60,476 nucleotides of DNA, filler included, from Sphacelaria rigidula (GCA_964200075.2; 7 parts of 7 records of this genome joined end to end with filler, not necessarily neighbours in it), one strand, 5' to 3'. Shown: positions 24,320-38,634, numbered from the whole stretch's first letter. Notes: generated by a model not told the origin, from the sequence alone. Program-made: numbers and translations.

Positions 24320-26809
24320 GTAACACTCCTACAACAAAAGCTATCTGGAGAAGCAGTCCCCCTCACCAATGGAGTAGTACATGGTAACACCCCTCTTTCC
24401 GAGCCCATCCAGCACTCAAGCCACTATATTAGCTGAACAGTCTTTCGGGGCGACCGGGAATACTCGCTGCTCGATCCTACGGCTTTACCGTTTCAGCTCG
24501 AGACAAACCCTTCGGATGGGCCCTATAATAGGGGAAGGGACCTCTGTACAGAAAATGACCGGGTTATTTTTTTGACGACCCCTTACACGAACTGTCGAAC
24601 ATATATTATAGACGTGTCGTGTTCGAAAGAAAACTGTTCACCAGTGCTGTTTCTTCGTGCTTTCGTGATTTCAGCTGCAGTCGTTTCGTTGTTTTGTGCT
24701 CGTGGACTTCTTCATGGCTTCCATGTTAAGAACATACTGTTACGTACACTTGAACGGTACGGTGGCGGTGTTATTTATTTTTAGGGAGGGACACATGATC
24801 CTACGGGCAGTCCGCGTCACCCATTCTGGTGCCCGTCAACACCGACGGGATTTAATACTTGGCCTTCACGTTCGTGGGGCAGGTTCTCGAGGTGCAGATC
24901 GCCGGTGCGGGTTGCGGGTAGACTAGGAGCTCGGACACGCTTTCTCGGGGTGGTCGTTGTGTTTCCGCTGGGTTTGGTCGTTGATGTTCTCGAACCGCCA
25001 AAGAGGAGGTGAAACTCTCTGGCCAGCTTGCACTGTAACTGATGAAGGTGCAGCGCGGAAGTGTAAGTGGGCTTCGCAGGGTACTGGGGGTGACTATTAT
25101 AGACAAGGTACTGTTATTAATCAAGACCGTGGGCTTCGTCCAAGTCACAAGGATACAGCGGCGGATTCGGCGAGGGCTATCTTTTATGTGCGGCCGCACG
25201 AGAAACGAACGTTTCAAATAGGCGCTACATGTGGCCCTGATCGATGTGCCTGAAGAAAACCCGAGTGGAAGCGGTGTTATTGTCGTGTTATATATGTTCC
25301 TCGAAAAAAAAATGCTTTTGGGCGAAACACGTCAATGTAGGTGCACTTTTTTTTCGTCACAAGCTGTGGAAGAAAAGAAAACGCCAGCCGTTCGCTTGGG
25401 TTCCGGCTTTGGCGCTTAAGATCTGCTCTGCCTGGTCCACTAGCGAAAAACGCGTATGTGAATCTCCTTTGTTTTCGGTTGTTATCCATGTCTCATCGGA
25501 ACACCTCCGGGGGAAATCCCTCCATATGATATTGTCGCGGAACCGTCGGCTGGAGCTCTTCAAGGGTCTATTGGGCGACCTACAACCTTTGAATCTTGGA
25601 GTCAAACAGAGCCATTACTCGGATATTTTTCCTCCCGAACTTTGGGTTGCGATGGTCTGATTTCTAAACCCTAAGCATGTTTTGGGAAGAGTTAGATACG
25701 ATCGCAATATCCCACCCAATACCTGGGTAATGCTGAGTACCATTTTCAAAATACCCAAATGTAGGAAATATCCTACCCAGCGTCACCCTTGGAGCTACTG
25801 TAATCTTAACAGGATGTAGCACACCCTTCATGCGACTCGCCGAACACACCACGGCGCTTGGCNNNNNNNNNNNNNNNNNNNNNNNNNNNNNNNNNNNNNN
25901 NNNNNNTTAATTAATTAANNNNNNNNNNNNNNNNNNNNNNNNNNNNNNNNNNNNNNNNNNNNAAAGAGGTGACGTGTTTTACACTTCTACTCTCCTTTCC
26001 CCTTATACCATCCCCCTTTCACCCCCCCCCCCCCTCCTCCCCTCCTCCCCTCTTCTCGAATCGAGTCTGTAGCCCCTGAAGGGATTCACTTATATCTTCC
26101 CTGGTGATCACCTTTCACGCTGCTCTTGAGCAATGGACCGGCACTACTGTAACCCGTCTCCTATTTGTCTTTCATCGAGTCTCCTTATTTTTCGCCAAGT
26201 CTCGCTGTGATGTTTCGGGCTACAGTGCGAATAAACCAAGAAAAAACAAGAGCCTATCGCTGTAATGTCGAGTCAACGATTCTACAAGCCTCGCCCACAG
26301 CCGTGTTTCAATAGAAATAGTTTGGCCCCCGCGGCGCCGCGGCTCACGCGTGTGTTTTTTTGTTTGCGCCGTTCGAACCTCTCCTTCGGGGATTGTACCG
26401 TTCAATTTTCCATTTTTTGTCGTTATACTCGTAACCCCTTCCATTCCTTGGAACAAGGGAGTCTCTAGTCTCGAGTGGCTCGTCTAGCCATATCTCCTCC
26501 TGTACATGCTAGGCATTGCGGCATCATCGCGGGCGAGACCAAAACTTTTGCACCCCCGCCAATTTTTGTCGAGATTTCTCTGCCATACACATCGTCACGT
26601 TTTCGAACAGCGGAAACCAGACCCCTCTCGAGAAATGAAACGTATACTCGTGCAGTAGAGCTGCGGTATCTTGGAGGGATCGAGCCCCCTACTCCTCCCT
26701 ATTCGATTCTAAGGCGTGCCAGTAGAGACCACCTGGGCGGGGCGGGGCGGCTCAACCGTACAATGCTCCCTCCGTACTCTCTGGCACCAACACCGACACC
26801 CAATTCCAG

Positions 26810-29800
26810 GCAATGGAGCAAGACACAAAGGCGGCCAAAAAAAGTCGCGATAGAGCGCAGGCGGCAGCAGGGGGTGGGGTGGGACTTCTACAAAGCTTTT
26901 TCTTCAACAAGAAGCCGACACACCCCGTTCCTGCCACACCGGCCAACCCGGCCGCTACGCCGCGCGTGGGCCAGCGCAGCGATGGCTCGCGAGACGCCGG
27001 TAGCTCGGGAGGCAAACTCTCGCCGACGGCGACGTCCAGAGGTTCACGGGAAGGGGCACGCAAGTTAATCAAGCAAGCCGTGCCGAATGACTTTGCCGGG
27101 AGGAGTTGGGATGGATACTTGCATCACGTGAAATTTTTGGTGGCGTTGTTACACGTGGGCACTTCGCTCATGCCCAAGAATCTTATTAAGGTGCGTGCGT
27201 GGCGGAGGCGGCAGCAGCGGAGACTGTTTTTTCCCCAGGGTTTGGCGGGGGGGGGGGGATATTTATTTATTGCTTGCCTCAGTCGTTGTGTACTCATGAT
27301 CATGCATAGCATATTCATAAGACCATTGACGTCGCATCCCTACAAAGCCGTGACGGAGCACGCCGGGTTTTCGCCGGACCAGGATCGCACTCGATCACCA
27401 AGCGCGAGGGGGGTAGTTTTTTTTTTTTTTCCTCTTCCCGATTTGAAGTTGTATAGGTGATGTTGTGTGTTGTGTGTTGTTGCTGGAGTTATTTCCTACA
27501 TTGTTTTTCTCCGAGCTGACTCTTCCGTGTGTGAGCTGTTTTGGGTGACGAATACTGCGTGCGTTTCCCAAGAAAAAGAGTTCACTCAGCCAGTCGAGGC
27601 TCTGATACCGAAACATACATCTTGAATTCATTTAGTCTCTTGTGCAAACAAAACGCTTTGCAGATCAGGGGGCAGGAAGAGTCGTTGGATTATGTAAGTG
27701 GTGTGGTGTGGGTATCACTCGAGCGTGACGGCCTATCGACCGTGGCCGTACATGAACTCCGCGCACCCAGTCTCTTTTTCGTTTTCAAATTGATGGTAGC
27801 TATTGATAGTAGCCTTACAAGGGAGTTCTCGGCAGAGAGTATGGTGATGGCTAGCAAGCCTCTTCGTTTACTTCCACCATAAGCCGTATACTTTACTCGA
27901 GCCAGGGTGGTGTGCCCCAACCATGTGAAACGTCGTATCGCTCAGCAGTACGGTCTGTTGGGTCATTGGTTATTCGAGGGCGTTTCATGAATCTGCCTCT
28001 TTTCTGTAACCTTGGTTGATTAGAACGAGCGGCCGTGCGTCGTGCGTGTTGCGAAACGGCTCGTTTGATCAAACAAACCCGCACACGGTGGGATTGTGCA
28101 CCTTTATCACGAAACGTGTTACATATCTTTGACGGCGAAGTAAATTATGGTATTTAGTCATGTTCCAGTGGATCCATGCATGCCGATGTGAGCTTTTGCG
28201 AATTGCTCTCCAGTAAAGATGAAAAAATGTTCGCTGTCACCGTGTTGACGAAGAGGCACACCCGACCATCTCTTTCTATACAATGTATCCATGGCACAGA
28301 TTCTGGGGCACTACTTGGGTTACACGCCGTCTTTCGAGAAGGGATTGAGCCTGCTTGCTTCCTGCTGCACCAAGCGAGGCATGCGACGGCCGTGCGCTGC
28401 GGCCGTGCTGGAGCTGTTGGTCTTCCGCGAGGTTTGTTTTTTGGGTCCACCAGCGTACGCATGAGATTGTTGTAGAGCCCAGCGAGTTATTTTTTGTGCG
28501 TATGTTGTTGCTTTTTATTTGTTTAAAGATGCTATAGCAGAGAACACACATTTGACCCTTGCTGTCTTGAAGATCCAGTCTTTCCCTTCCAGTATATATT
28601 GGAACAAGCATTGACGATCTCGAGTCCGTGCCATACCTACCGCTATCGATACATGCATCCCCTGCGTCCGACTGTGATGAAAGGGGCGCTCTCGCGGTGT
28701 TGCTCTCCGTCCAATGCCCACCGCCCATGTTTCCTGGGAGAGTTAAAGTATCGGTTTGCCGTATGTTCAGGAAAAATGGTGTGATGTGATATAGGTGCAA
28801 CCGTTACCGTCCTTGATCAGCTGGTCTGTATGCTGTGCATGTCGTGTCTGGAACAGCCGAGCACGAACCCGCACTCTTTTCGTGTGATGTTACACATACC
28901 AACTCCAAGTGTTGTTTCCATGCTCACTCCATCCCCTTTGCTATGTAGTGTAATCTGTGTATTCACCTTTCCAATCATCAGTCGTCGAAAATACGATATT
29001 TCATGGGTTCCCGTGAGTACTACACCACAGCTTGTTGGTAAAGTCTGCTTGAATCGTGGTGTTTTGAGCTGCGTGTCTCAAAACTGAAATCATCCGTTTA
29101 TCTCATCCAGCACTTTTCTGAAGTGGAGGGTATGTCTACGAGATACACCTTTTCCCCAACTCTCCTCCGGCTCGAAAGGGATGCGTGGTCAACAGTCAAG
29201 CAACGAATGAGTATGAGTACCCCCCCCCCGTGAGTATTGTACATACGTCTTTATCGATCATTCCGTCTTTCACTTCCTGTGCGCCGTTTTCCTTTCTTCA
29301 ATGTTATTTTCATTTTATCCTTTTTTTCTGTGTCGCGTCTCCGTGATTTTTTCTGCGTCCGATTTTATTTTCATTTTTTTATTTTCCCCTATTTTGGGGT
29401 TATTAGCCTGTGACCACGGAAGGCTTCTGTATCGGATGCATAGTACAGAGCAGGGCGCAGATATCGCACCGGTTTTTTAAGTAAAGACAACAACAACAAT
29501 TCCGAAGTCTGAAATTATTGAACCTCTGGGCATACCGCAATGGTACTTGCCTGCTTGGTCATACCGCAATGATGGGTATAAATTGCTTGTATCACTATCT
29601 TGGTGCTAAGTATCTGCAGCCCATGCCATCTACTCTACTAAGCTGTACCGAAGGTGTAAGTACCCCCTGTGTGTTGGGGGACCCTCGGATGCCTGGAGTA
29701 CTCGCAACTGCCCACTCATGTTCTCGAGTAGACGTGCTTGTACTTGTTGTCGCTTACCAAGGAGTCGAAAAAAGGTTTGACATCTTGCTGAAATAAAACC

Positions 29801-32800
29801 ACGGCCCCTCCGATCTGATTTGAACAGCTCAAGCGAGAGGCTAAACTGATCAAGGCGGGGAACGGGCCGAAGGCAGGAAGCGCCAGGATCCGGCAACAGC
29901 AGCAGGCTGCAGAGCAATCTCAATCCGATAGCGAGGAAGGCAGCGGATCTGCGAAGCGCGGATTCCGGAGGAGGATTCAGTTTCGCCAGCCGGGGGCCGG
30001 GAGTGACGGGCGAGTCGGCGGGGGGGCGGGGAGGGATGAGGCCTTAGCCAGGGCTACGGCGCTTGATGATGCGCAAGTCGCTTTGGAATCGTTCTATGCG
30101 GCGTTCCCTGTGGTGCCGCTGCTGTCAGTGCCTCACGCGAAGGTACGTCCATATGTATTCAAGTTATATGTTAAGTCATGATTATCAGATGTACGCAACA
30201 AATGTATCATTATCCAATGTGTCATGTTTTTGTGTGTTTTGTGTGTTGCAATACTCCAGTGTGGGTCGTGGGGGGCATTTGCGGTGGTAATTGTGACAAT
30301 TTAATTATTGCGCAGTGTTACATCCGTAAGTTTCCCAGGCGTGGTTGGTTGTGCCGCCGGATGATTTGACGGATCATGGTTTATTGGGAGAGTTCCTGGT
30401 TGTGGTCTGTGCGACACTACTGCTCAAGTGTTCCGTCAGGATATGTGTGTGTGTGCAGGGCACACATGTGCAGGTTACTTCGGGTGTTGTGTACTTGAGC
30501 ACGTAATATGTCTCCAGGTTGCCTGGGCCTTAGAACATATCATAGGTTGCGTTCGAGCCGGGTAATGATGATGTCCAGTGGTGTAGTATGTTCGGTATCA
30601 TTGGAAACATAGCTCGGCGGTTGTGCGCTTAAGTAACACTGTGTGTGTTCGGTGCAGTGTGGGGCAGTATACTGGTGGTTTACAGTTTATTGTGGCTCCA
30701 CTGAAGGGTTGTTGCTTTTCAGCCGTATGTACGTATGTCCTCGAACCGTGGGCTCAAGGGATGAATACTAGCAGGGCGATTGTATGGGAGAGATAGGCTT
30801 GTTGCCCCAGTAACGCACATTTGAACTCTTCTTTATGTCCTCATTTTTTGTTTCTTCCTTCCTAGTCATGGATCATCGCAGCTGATGAGGTTACAACTGT
30901 ACCCCATTTTGTCGTTGCCGTGTATTCGAAGCATTTATGTGGTTCAGAATGATATCACGGCGGGACTGACTGCCGGATGGGCGATGATGACTCACGAAAT
31001 TTATACTCGAATCTTGTGAGGGCTGGCTGTGCTGGCTTGCGGACGTGCGAGCACGTGTTTCCGGGCTTTAACACCACGGGCGTTGGCTCGACCCCTTGCT
31101 ATGTATCCACCGCGTTCTCTTTTGTGAGTGTTTTTGTGTTGTGCCTTTTGGCTGTGATTGGTGTTCATTTTGCCAACCTCTTACCGTCGTCTTGTTTGCT
31201 GGTTCGGTGCGGCTGTGTGTGGGCGTTGGGGGTGGGTCGTCACCGGGTGTTGCAGGCTTTGCAGGCGTCAGGCGAATTCGAAGAGGCGTACGAGCTATGC
31301 CTCATGGCCCAGGAAGTGGTGGAACAGTCGGCCTTGAAGGTGAAGAGAGCGTCATTGCTACTCATCAGGGGACGTGGTATCGATACCGACGTTCCCGTTG
31401 TGTCACTGGCACCGGTATCACCTGGTTCCCGTTACTGGCTGCACAGCGCGATACATGAGTTATTGTCCACGTGAATAACTACATGACCAAAAGGGCTTTT
31501 CACGCTCGCCTGCCACCTTTGAGCGCAGAACCAATTATCGCTGTATCTTCCCGTTACGAGAGTCTGCCGGTACTCCATCTACGTAAAGTTTGAAGGTGCC
31601 GCTGAATCACTTATCTTCATCGGAGATCGCCATCGATTTGGGTGGTAACATTCTGGCATGAGCCTAAAGTAGAGCTCGGAAATGGTACCAGTTATAACTG
31701 GCCATTATCATTATAATGGTAATAATGGTACTAGTTACATGAAAATTTTGGATAATGGTTTCAAACCATTCCGGCTTATAAGCCGATACCGGCTACGTAT
31801 GCTACATACAGCCCTTGAAAATTGGCCCAAATTTACCGTATCCTTAAGCTCTAGTGAAGCCGAATCGCATAGAAATGTGCCTCCGGCACGGCGCCTCCAG
31901 CGGGGGCCCCTCTGCCGGGGGTAGCTTTTTGGCTAGCAGCTGTGCCGCTCGATGACCAAACCATCATGTACCATTTAACTGGATAAACGAACCATTTCCG
32001 AGCTCTAGTCTCGACCATTCTCGTACCCAGTTCTGTGCCTATAATTTGTACCGTACTCCGACGTCGGCTGAAATTATCGCCTCTTCACGGCATACATGAA
32101 CACAACCGATCAAGCTCATCGCGCCTCACTCGAGCAGAGCCCGGCAGCATGGTTGGAGCTGATGGCGAACTACCTCCGTGAAACCTGTTTCGGTGGCGCA
32201 GAAAATACGTGTAGTCTGATGAATGATTGATGATCGCCAGGATGTTGAGCCTTCAGCGCTCAACGGGCGTACTGTCTGACTGGTGGTGCGGCATGACCAG
32301 CGTTTGACTAGATTGTAATGTTATTTCTTGTTGGGTGGCGTATGACCGGTGGATTTGATCGGCCGATTCTCCTTTCACACGAAGCGGCTCTCCTCGCATC
32401 TAGTTGTCTATATGATAGAGCTCGGAAATGGTACCAGTTATAACTGGTCATTATTATTATAATGGTAATTATGGTAATGGTTGGATGAAAATTTTGGATA
32501 CGGGTCCCAAACCACTTTAACCGTTACCGGCTTTACAAGCTGTTACCGGCTACGCATGCTACACACAGCCCTTGAAAATTGGGCCAAGTTAAATGTATTT
32601 TTTAGCTATAGGGAAACCAAATTCCGTAAAAACGTACTTCCCGCACGGCGCCTCCAGCTTGGCCCTCATGGGGCACCTCCGTCCCCCCCCCCCCCCCCCC
32701 CCAGAAGGGGGGGGTGTTTGCGCGCGCGGGGCGCGCCACCGCCACAAAAACACAAAAGTANNNNNNNNNCAATTCCCTAAAAACCTCCTTCCCGCCCGCC

Positions 32801-33530
32801 CCCCCCCGCTTTGCCCCCCTGGGGCCCCCCCCCCCCCCCCCCCCCCCCCCAGCAGGGGGGGGCTTTTCGGCTCGCGGCTGCGCCGCTCGATGACCAAACC
32901 ATTATGTAACGTGTAACTGGTTAATGAGTGCGCTGAGTGTAACCATTCAAGTGGTTAATGGTTGGACAAACCATTTCCAAGCTCTGGTATATGAGGTAAG
33001 AGTCGAGACCTGTACCGACGGGGGATTCCCAGATTCGCCGTCCATTATTTTTTATTCGTTTCTTCATTTTGTGAGCTACCATCTGATGATGATGATGGGC
33101 ACTGGGCCCACAGATAAAGGCAAGAATTACGAGGAGAAGGTGTTTTTTTCACCAATCCGAGTCTTGAAATACACTTGAATGCGGCCACCTTTCTTCAATC
33201 AGATGATGAAAACGAGTCGAATATGAGTCGAATAGTAGCTTTGCTTGGCCCACACATTGCGCCGCTTATGTGACCGGCCGCTGTGCAGCTTGATTGGGTC
33301 ATTGTGCCATCTTGTTTAGTTCATGTCGTCTTGAGTGGCCACGCGATCTGATCCAGTGTTGTTTTTGCATGTTCGAATTCTCGAACGGTTCTCGGTGGTT
33401 ACTTGGACAGGGGGGAGGAATGGGGCCGGCGCACGAACCCCACATTCTGTGGTTACAGCTGGCGCAGAGCTCTTTCTTCCTCCAGCGATGGTCGAGGGCG
33501 TTGGAGTTCTTCAATCGCATCGTGGAAGGG
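26810..33530 (+). CDS. TTC39/IML2-like tetratricopeptide-repeat protein, internal fragment (5 exons)
   Basis: Phase-0 GT-AG exons 26810-27190, 28300-28431, 29828-30142, 31256-31339 and 33411-33530. They give ...KFLVALLHVGTSLMPKNLIK-ILGHYLGYTPSFEKGLSLLASCCTKRGMRRPCAAAVLELL...AQVALESFYAAFPVVPLLSVPHAK-ALQASGEFEEAYELC...HILWLQLAQSSFFLQRWSRALEFFNRI. The motif order resembles TTC39/IML2; family assignment is by eye. Confidence 0.7.
31670..32007. mobile_element. hAT-like MITE (copy 1) in a TTC39-like intron
   Basis: Perfect 17-bp TIR tagagctcggaaatggt / accatttccgagctcta. The TSD is not preserved. Confidence 0.8.
32416..32986. mobile_element. hAT-like MITE (copy 2, longer, internally duplicated)
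   Basis: Same TIR, with an 8-bp flanking duplication ctatatga/gtatatga (7/8). The middle is low quality, with Ns and homopolymers. Confidence 0.8.
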
Positions 33531-34904
33531 GTCAGTCGGGTATGTCTCGGTGATGGTGGGTTTGAGCTTGCAAGAGAACTCGATGTTATGAGTTTTTATT
33601 TTATTTTTATCTTGTATTTTACCCGATATTGCGGCAGAATAATTTTGAATTGCGTGAAATCATGTGTGGAACTAGTACTCTCAAGCTGCGTTATCACTAA
33701 GGTTTTGAATTTTTTTTCAGTGCTCGAGTTTAGTGAAAGTTTTGCCATATTACAAGGGACTTGACAGCCACCGTATCGCATCACCGCCTGCGTCCGCCGT
33801 ATCCCGTTTTCGCTCTAGTCATCTTCCAGTCTGCAACATCTCGTGGCCATGCTCACTCGTCTCTTGTGAAATATAGCTCTTCGGTAGTACGCCTTTCGAC
33901 TTTTGGATTGACGAATCTAGGCTACATCCCGGTCGCCCGAAATTCGTCCCAACAACCACTGTCTTGAAAAAAAACAGTATTTTACAGATGTCGTACGAGC
34001 TGGGCCAGCCTAGAAGCGGATTTGTAGTCCGCAGGCTCATTCGCAGCTCAGTATTTAGAGAGACGCAAAAAATTGGCATTTGCAATGATGAGATCATGAT
34101 GAAACAAATATTTTTTTGCCGAAATATATATTATTCATTTTTTCATGATATAACGGCATTTCATTGAAACCTGAAAACTGATTACTCCCTATAATTCATG
34201 TAAAGAATTGGAAAAATCTTGAGGTCAATAAATAATCTTTTTACTATGCCTTATTCATTTTTCATACCATAATTTAGGGTTCAACTCTGAATTTTGAGCT
34301 GCGAATAGGTCGTTTCACAAAAGCCGGTAGAAATTCGAAACAAAATTTTGCAGGCAAGTTACCTGCCCAGGTTTGGTGTTTGTGTAATAAAATTTTGTGT
34401 GAAGCGTCGCTAGCGGGGGGGGGGGGGGGGGGGTCTCATTTTTTGTTTGCTTTGGCGTTGCGGGGGGGTGGTAAATGAAGAAAAAAGGGTGGAGGTTGTT
34501 TTTTTTTTTAATTTGTNNNNNNNNNNNNNNNNNNNNNNNNNNNNNNNNNNNNNNNNNNNNTTAATTAATTAANNNNNNNNNNNNNNNNNNNNNNNNNNNN
34601 NNNNNNNNNNNNNNNNCGTTTGATGCATTAGACAGTAGAGAGAAAATGATGGCTATACTAGGAGATAGATGGTGACCAGAGACGGCGAAACAGGACGGGG
34701 ATGAGATGTGTTCAAGGTTTTTGTGTAATGTATAGAAGAAACGTAAGCTATGGAAGAAGCGTAGTGAGCACAGGAAAGTTGGAGGTGCCTCTATTCGGAG
34801 TAGGAACGGTGCTCCGTCTCGAAAGGGATGCGTGGTCGATGGTCACACGACTGAGGCAAGCAACAAATGAGTACGCCCTCCCCCCGGAGAGCATTTTTTC
34901 GAAA

Positions 34905-35250
34905 ATTGTCACGATTTTTTCGACTTTGTTTTGTCAACTTTGTCGCAAGAAATTGATCAATGGACACGGTTTGATTTTTCTGTTAATTTCGTCACAAGAA
35001 ATTGATCAATAAACGCTGACAAAAACCGGAAAGTCTGGTGGGCTTTGCAAGGTTCGTATATCTGCTTCTGCTCCTTGCCCGATCTGTCCTGATGACCTCA
35101 GATGCCGAAGGGTATTTTCTCGAAGATTCAAATGATCCTGATTTTTTAAATAATTTTTCCTGTTCACTTTGTTGCAAGAAATAGATCAATGAACGTTGAC
35201 AAAATCCGAAAAGTCTGGTGGGCTTCGCGGGGTGTATGTTGCTCCTGCTC
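34905..35250. repeat. Degenerate internal tandem repeats (caagaaattgatcaat...aaagtctggtgggctt)
   Basis: Three copies of caagaaat(t/a)gatcaat, and two of the downstream ~60-bp segment. Confidence 0.65.
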
Positions 35251-35364
35251 CTTTATTAATTTATAAACATTTATATATGTTAATGTAATAAAAAACATAT
35301 ATATTATGATATATAATTATATGCTCCCTCTGTCCGAAAATATAAGTCCGATTTGCACCTTATG

Positions 35365-35425
35365 TCAAATAAAACGCTATAGACTACGAAAGAGCAGGTG
35401 CTGGGTTCGATTCCCTCCTTGAGGT
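35365..35425 (+). other. Degenerate tRNA-like head (tRNA-Arg(ACG)-like)
   Basis: An anticodon-loop-like gactacgaa is followed by a perfect B-box GGTTCGATTCC at 35404-35414. The acceptor and D arms do not pair, so it is not a functional tRNA. Confidence 0.4.
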
Positions 35426-35862
35426 CGGATGTTATGGCACACAGATTTTCGGCCCACGAATTATTCCCTGTTGGGACGTTTGACACCTTTTGACCCCCAA
35501 ACAGGGAAAACCGCCAACACACGTCTCGGACACTTTGCATCATCCCACGGAGAGTAGCCTAGTCTGCTTTCCATATTCGCTTGTCTCCGAGGTTTCGAAA
35601 TTGACCGCTGAACAAAAACTCGTGCGCAAAAATCTGTGCTTGCCGACTGCAGATTTTTTCGCGATTTTGTTCAGCGGCCAATTTCGATTTTTCGGAGCCA
35701 AGCGAATCTGGAAAGCAGACTAGGCTCCTCTCCGTGGGATGATGCAAAGTGTCCGAGACGTGTGTTGGCGGTTTTCCCTGTTCGGGGGTCAAAAGATAGG
35801 TCAAACGTCCCAAAAGGGAATAATCCGTGGGCCGAAAATCTTTTTACCATAAAACCCGGCCT
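35422..35862. repeat. Long near-perfect inverted repeat (~440-bp hairpin, ~13-nt loop)
   Basis: The arms pair continuously, e.g. gggaaaaccgccaacacacgtctcggacactttgcatcatcccacggagag vs its reverse complement at ~35728-35778. The loop is ~35637-35649. Confidence 0.93.
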
Positions 35863-38634
35863 GAACACCGTTTTTTTCGAAAAAAAACACTTTTTTTTGC
35901 TTATTTTTATTTCATGCCTTTTGTTCTGTTCAAATATCCCAATTTTTTGGCACCCTGTAGTTTTGCTTCCGGTCAACGGGAAATCTATATTTTTTTTCAA
36001 AGTGCACGCCTACAGGTGGCTACATATAGCCAAGATTCCACGGGAAAAAAACGACTGAAAAAAAACGTTTTCCTCGCCACGTAACTGAGGAAAAACGACA
36101 CGGTCTTTTTCTTTACTGACCAGATCTTCGGCAAATCCGTCTGGGACCAAAAATACCCATGGGAGGGGATGAAAACGAACAATTCCCTGTTTTCGGCCAT
36201 TTCTTCAAGTACTACCATTGGGAGCACGACAAAAAAGAAATGAGGCAAAAAACTTATTGCAACACTCTGAACGACAAACCGACCGTATATTCCGAATTCC
36301 CAAATAGGAATTATATTTTCGGACGGAGGGAGTATAATATAGTGTATACTGCCGCTTGATATATGTTTACGTACATCATATATTATATCATATATCATAT
36401 ATAATATAGTATATTATATCAAGGAGACGAAACACATGTATAATATAGACCTGTATTATATGTTATATGATATTTCATATATAATATTCATATGAAATAT
36501 TTTACATGAAATATTATATCATATATAATACAAGGTTCCCCTTCGAGAAGTTGGTACTGGCCTCCCGGGGGTGACGCAAGTCGAAAATACATCAGTGTTA
36601 TTCCTCTTCCATATTATGGAGGCGGTTGTGTGGGAGAATATGTACCTTCCAGTAGATACTGTCAATTTTCACAGTTTCAATTGTCTCAGACCAAGAGTGG
36701 AGATTATCACGGGAAGAGGGGGGCTTTTCCATAATGAAAAGCTCGCTTCACGGGCGGTGCGGACGTGGAAAAAGCACCATCACGCACGAGACCCGTCACA
36801 GCACATATACAATATAGGAAGTGATTGCTACTGAAAAAAAGTCGCGTCCCGGCAGTACACGGCGAACTTGTGCAGGGTTCTCTACATGCCGGCCCCACCC
36901 CGCGCGCACGGATTTCAAATCACACTCGGCTAAAGAGATAGATATACGTGAACAATGATCGGTACTCGATTTTACTTTATTTCAGACTCAAGAAAGCTCT
37001 GAGAAAATTCATGATTTGGGGCAGGTGAGCAGTGGTGAGCAGTAGACCCAGCTCGTCCGGAACGTGTTTCGGCCCAAAACTGGCTCAAAGGCGTCGATTT
37101 GAGGTCTCGCAACGCATGCTTTACTCCAGAAACACTCTGCAAACCCCTTGCCCGAAGGTCCTCGATATGCCTTGATCGATGTTAGGGTTAGGATTAGCGT
37201 TAGGGTTGGCGGCATCTCCAGGTACCAACCATTGTGTACGTAGATTTCCTTAGGTCCCCTCTGTGAAGAACCTGCGTAGGGACGCATCTCTGTCACGAGG
37301 ACATCTCTGCAATCACATCCCGGTGCTGGTACTTTACAGGTGAATCCTGTGAGGGAACTCTCTCCTACGGGTTGCATGATCACAGGGATTTCGGTACCCC
37401 CTGCGCTGGTCCTCCGCAACAGGTGACCCACAGTGGGGACGTTTGCCCACGTGTGTGCCTTGTTCAACTCGCCAACGGCTCATTGCACGGTCTCGTGTTT
37501 GCTACTGACTAAGGCCAGGGCAATGATCAATTGTTCTCAACTGCTTTGCTCTTATGTTTTTGTGACATTCGCTGCAACACCGTTGTCATCGTGCTCCCAA
37601 ATCGACGACAACGCAAAGAAAATCACAGTGAAGACATACTCCGCCATGAACAGGCTTTTGTGGTTCCGCTTCCGGTTTGAAGTTTTCCATCATCTTGAAG
37701 AGGCTTTTGTGGTTCGGGATCGACACCCCGCGAAAACGAGCCAGTGTGGGCGACTTTCGATGGCCAAAACACGCGCCACAGGTATCAAATGACACCCAAA
37801 CGTGAAAGGCAATGCACCTCTGCGCCTTCCTCGTGCACTGCAAAAGGAAGCGCGTGATGAGATGCCTTGCCGCCAGAGAAAACTCGGCAAATGTGGTGAA
37901 AAATGCGAAATGATTAATGTACATAATATCATGTATTATATATCATATTATATGATATATCATACATCATACATAAGGATATCTACTGTCCACAGCAGCT
38001 GACCGCATCCATCAACGCTTCGGCAATGAACTCGGGGACACACGGCTGGGTGCCCCCCCATCCCCACCCCTCACCCCCTTCCCCCCTCTCAAAAACTCAA
38101 ATTTTCGATGTTGGGGCCTACGTGTCCCGAATTTTATTTATCGCTGCCCCCTGACCTCCACGTAATGAGGAGGTACGTGGGCTGCTCAGTGCTGCACTGG
38201 TAAACGACACCCCGTGAATAATAATATCCTGCACTGTGCAAGAACTCATCTACATATCGCCTGAAGAGGTCGGGAGGCACGGTCGTACGCGCACTGTCGG
38301 CGCTGCAACGCGCTGAAACTTCAGCCATGTGTCATGTGAAGCGCACTCAACAAGCCCATGACGCTGAATTTGGGTTTGCGTGTTGCGGCATTGTGCAATG
38401 GGGTGACACGAGGTCAGATTTTGATCCGAAAAAAGTTATTTGATGGGGCAATAGACAAAAATGGGTACACCCTCGTGCTTTTGGAACAAAAACATTTGAC
38501 GCATGTTTCGCTTCGGGGCGCGGCGCTGCACGCGGGCTGAACACCTCAAAAACACATTCCAGCGCCTCAGCCCCACGCCCAAGGTGTCTGGGCAGCATGT
38601 TCGACCATTTTTTTATTTTCACAAGTGCTACTAG

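Noticed and set aside
32670..32870. G/C homopolymer-rich segment suggesting G-quadruplex or Pro/Gly-rich ORFs
   Set aside because: Low-quality sequence around an N gap inside a MITE; the poly-G at 8655-8731 is likewise a contig-end artefact.
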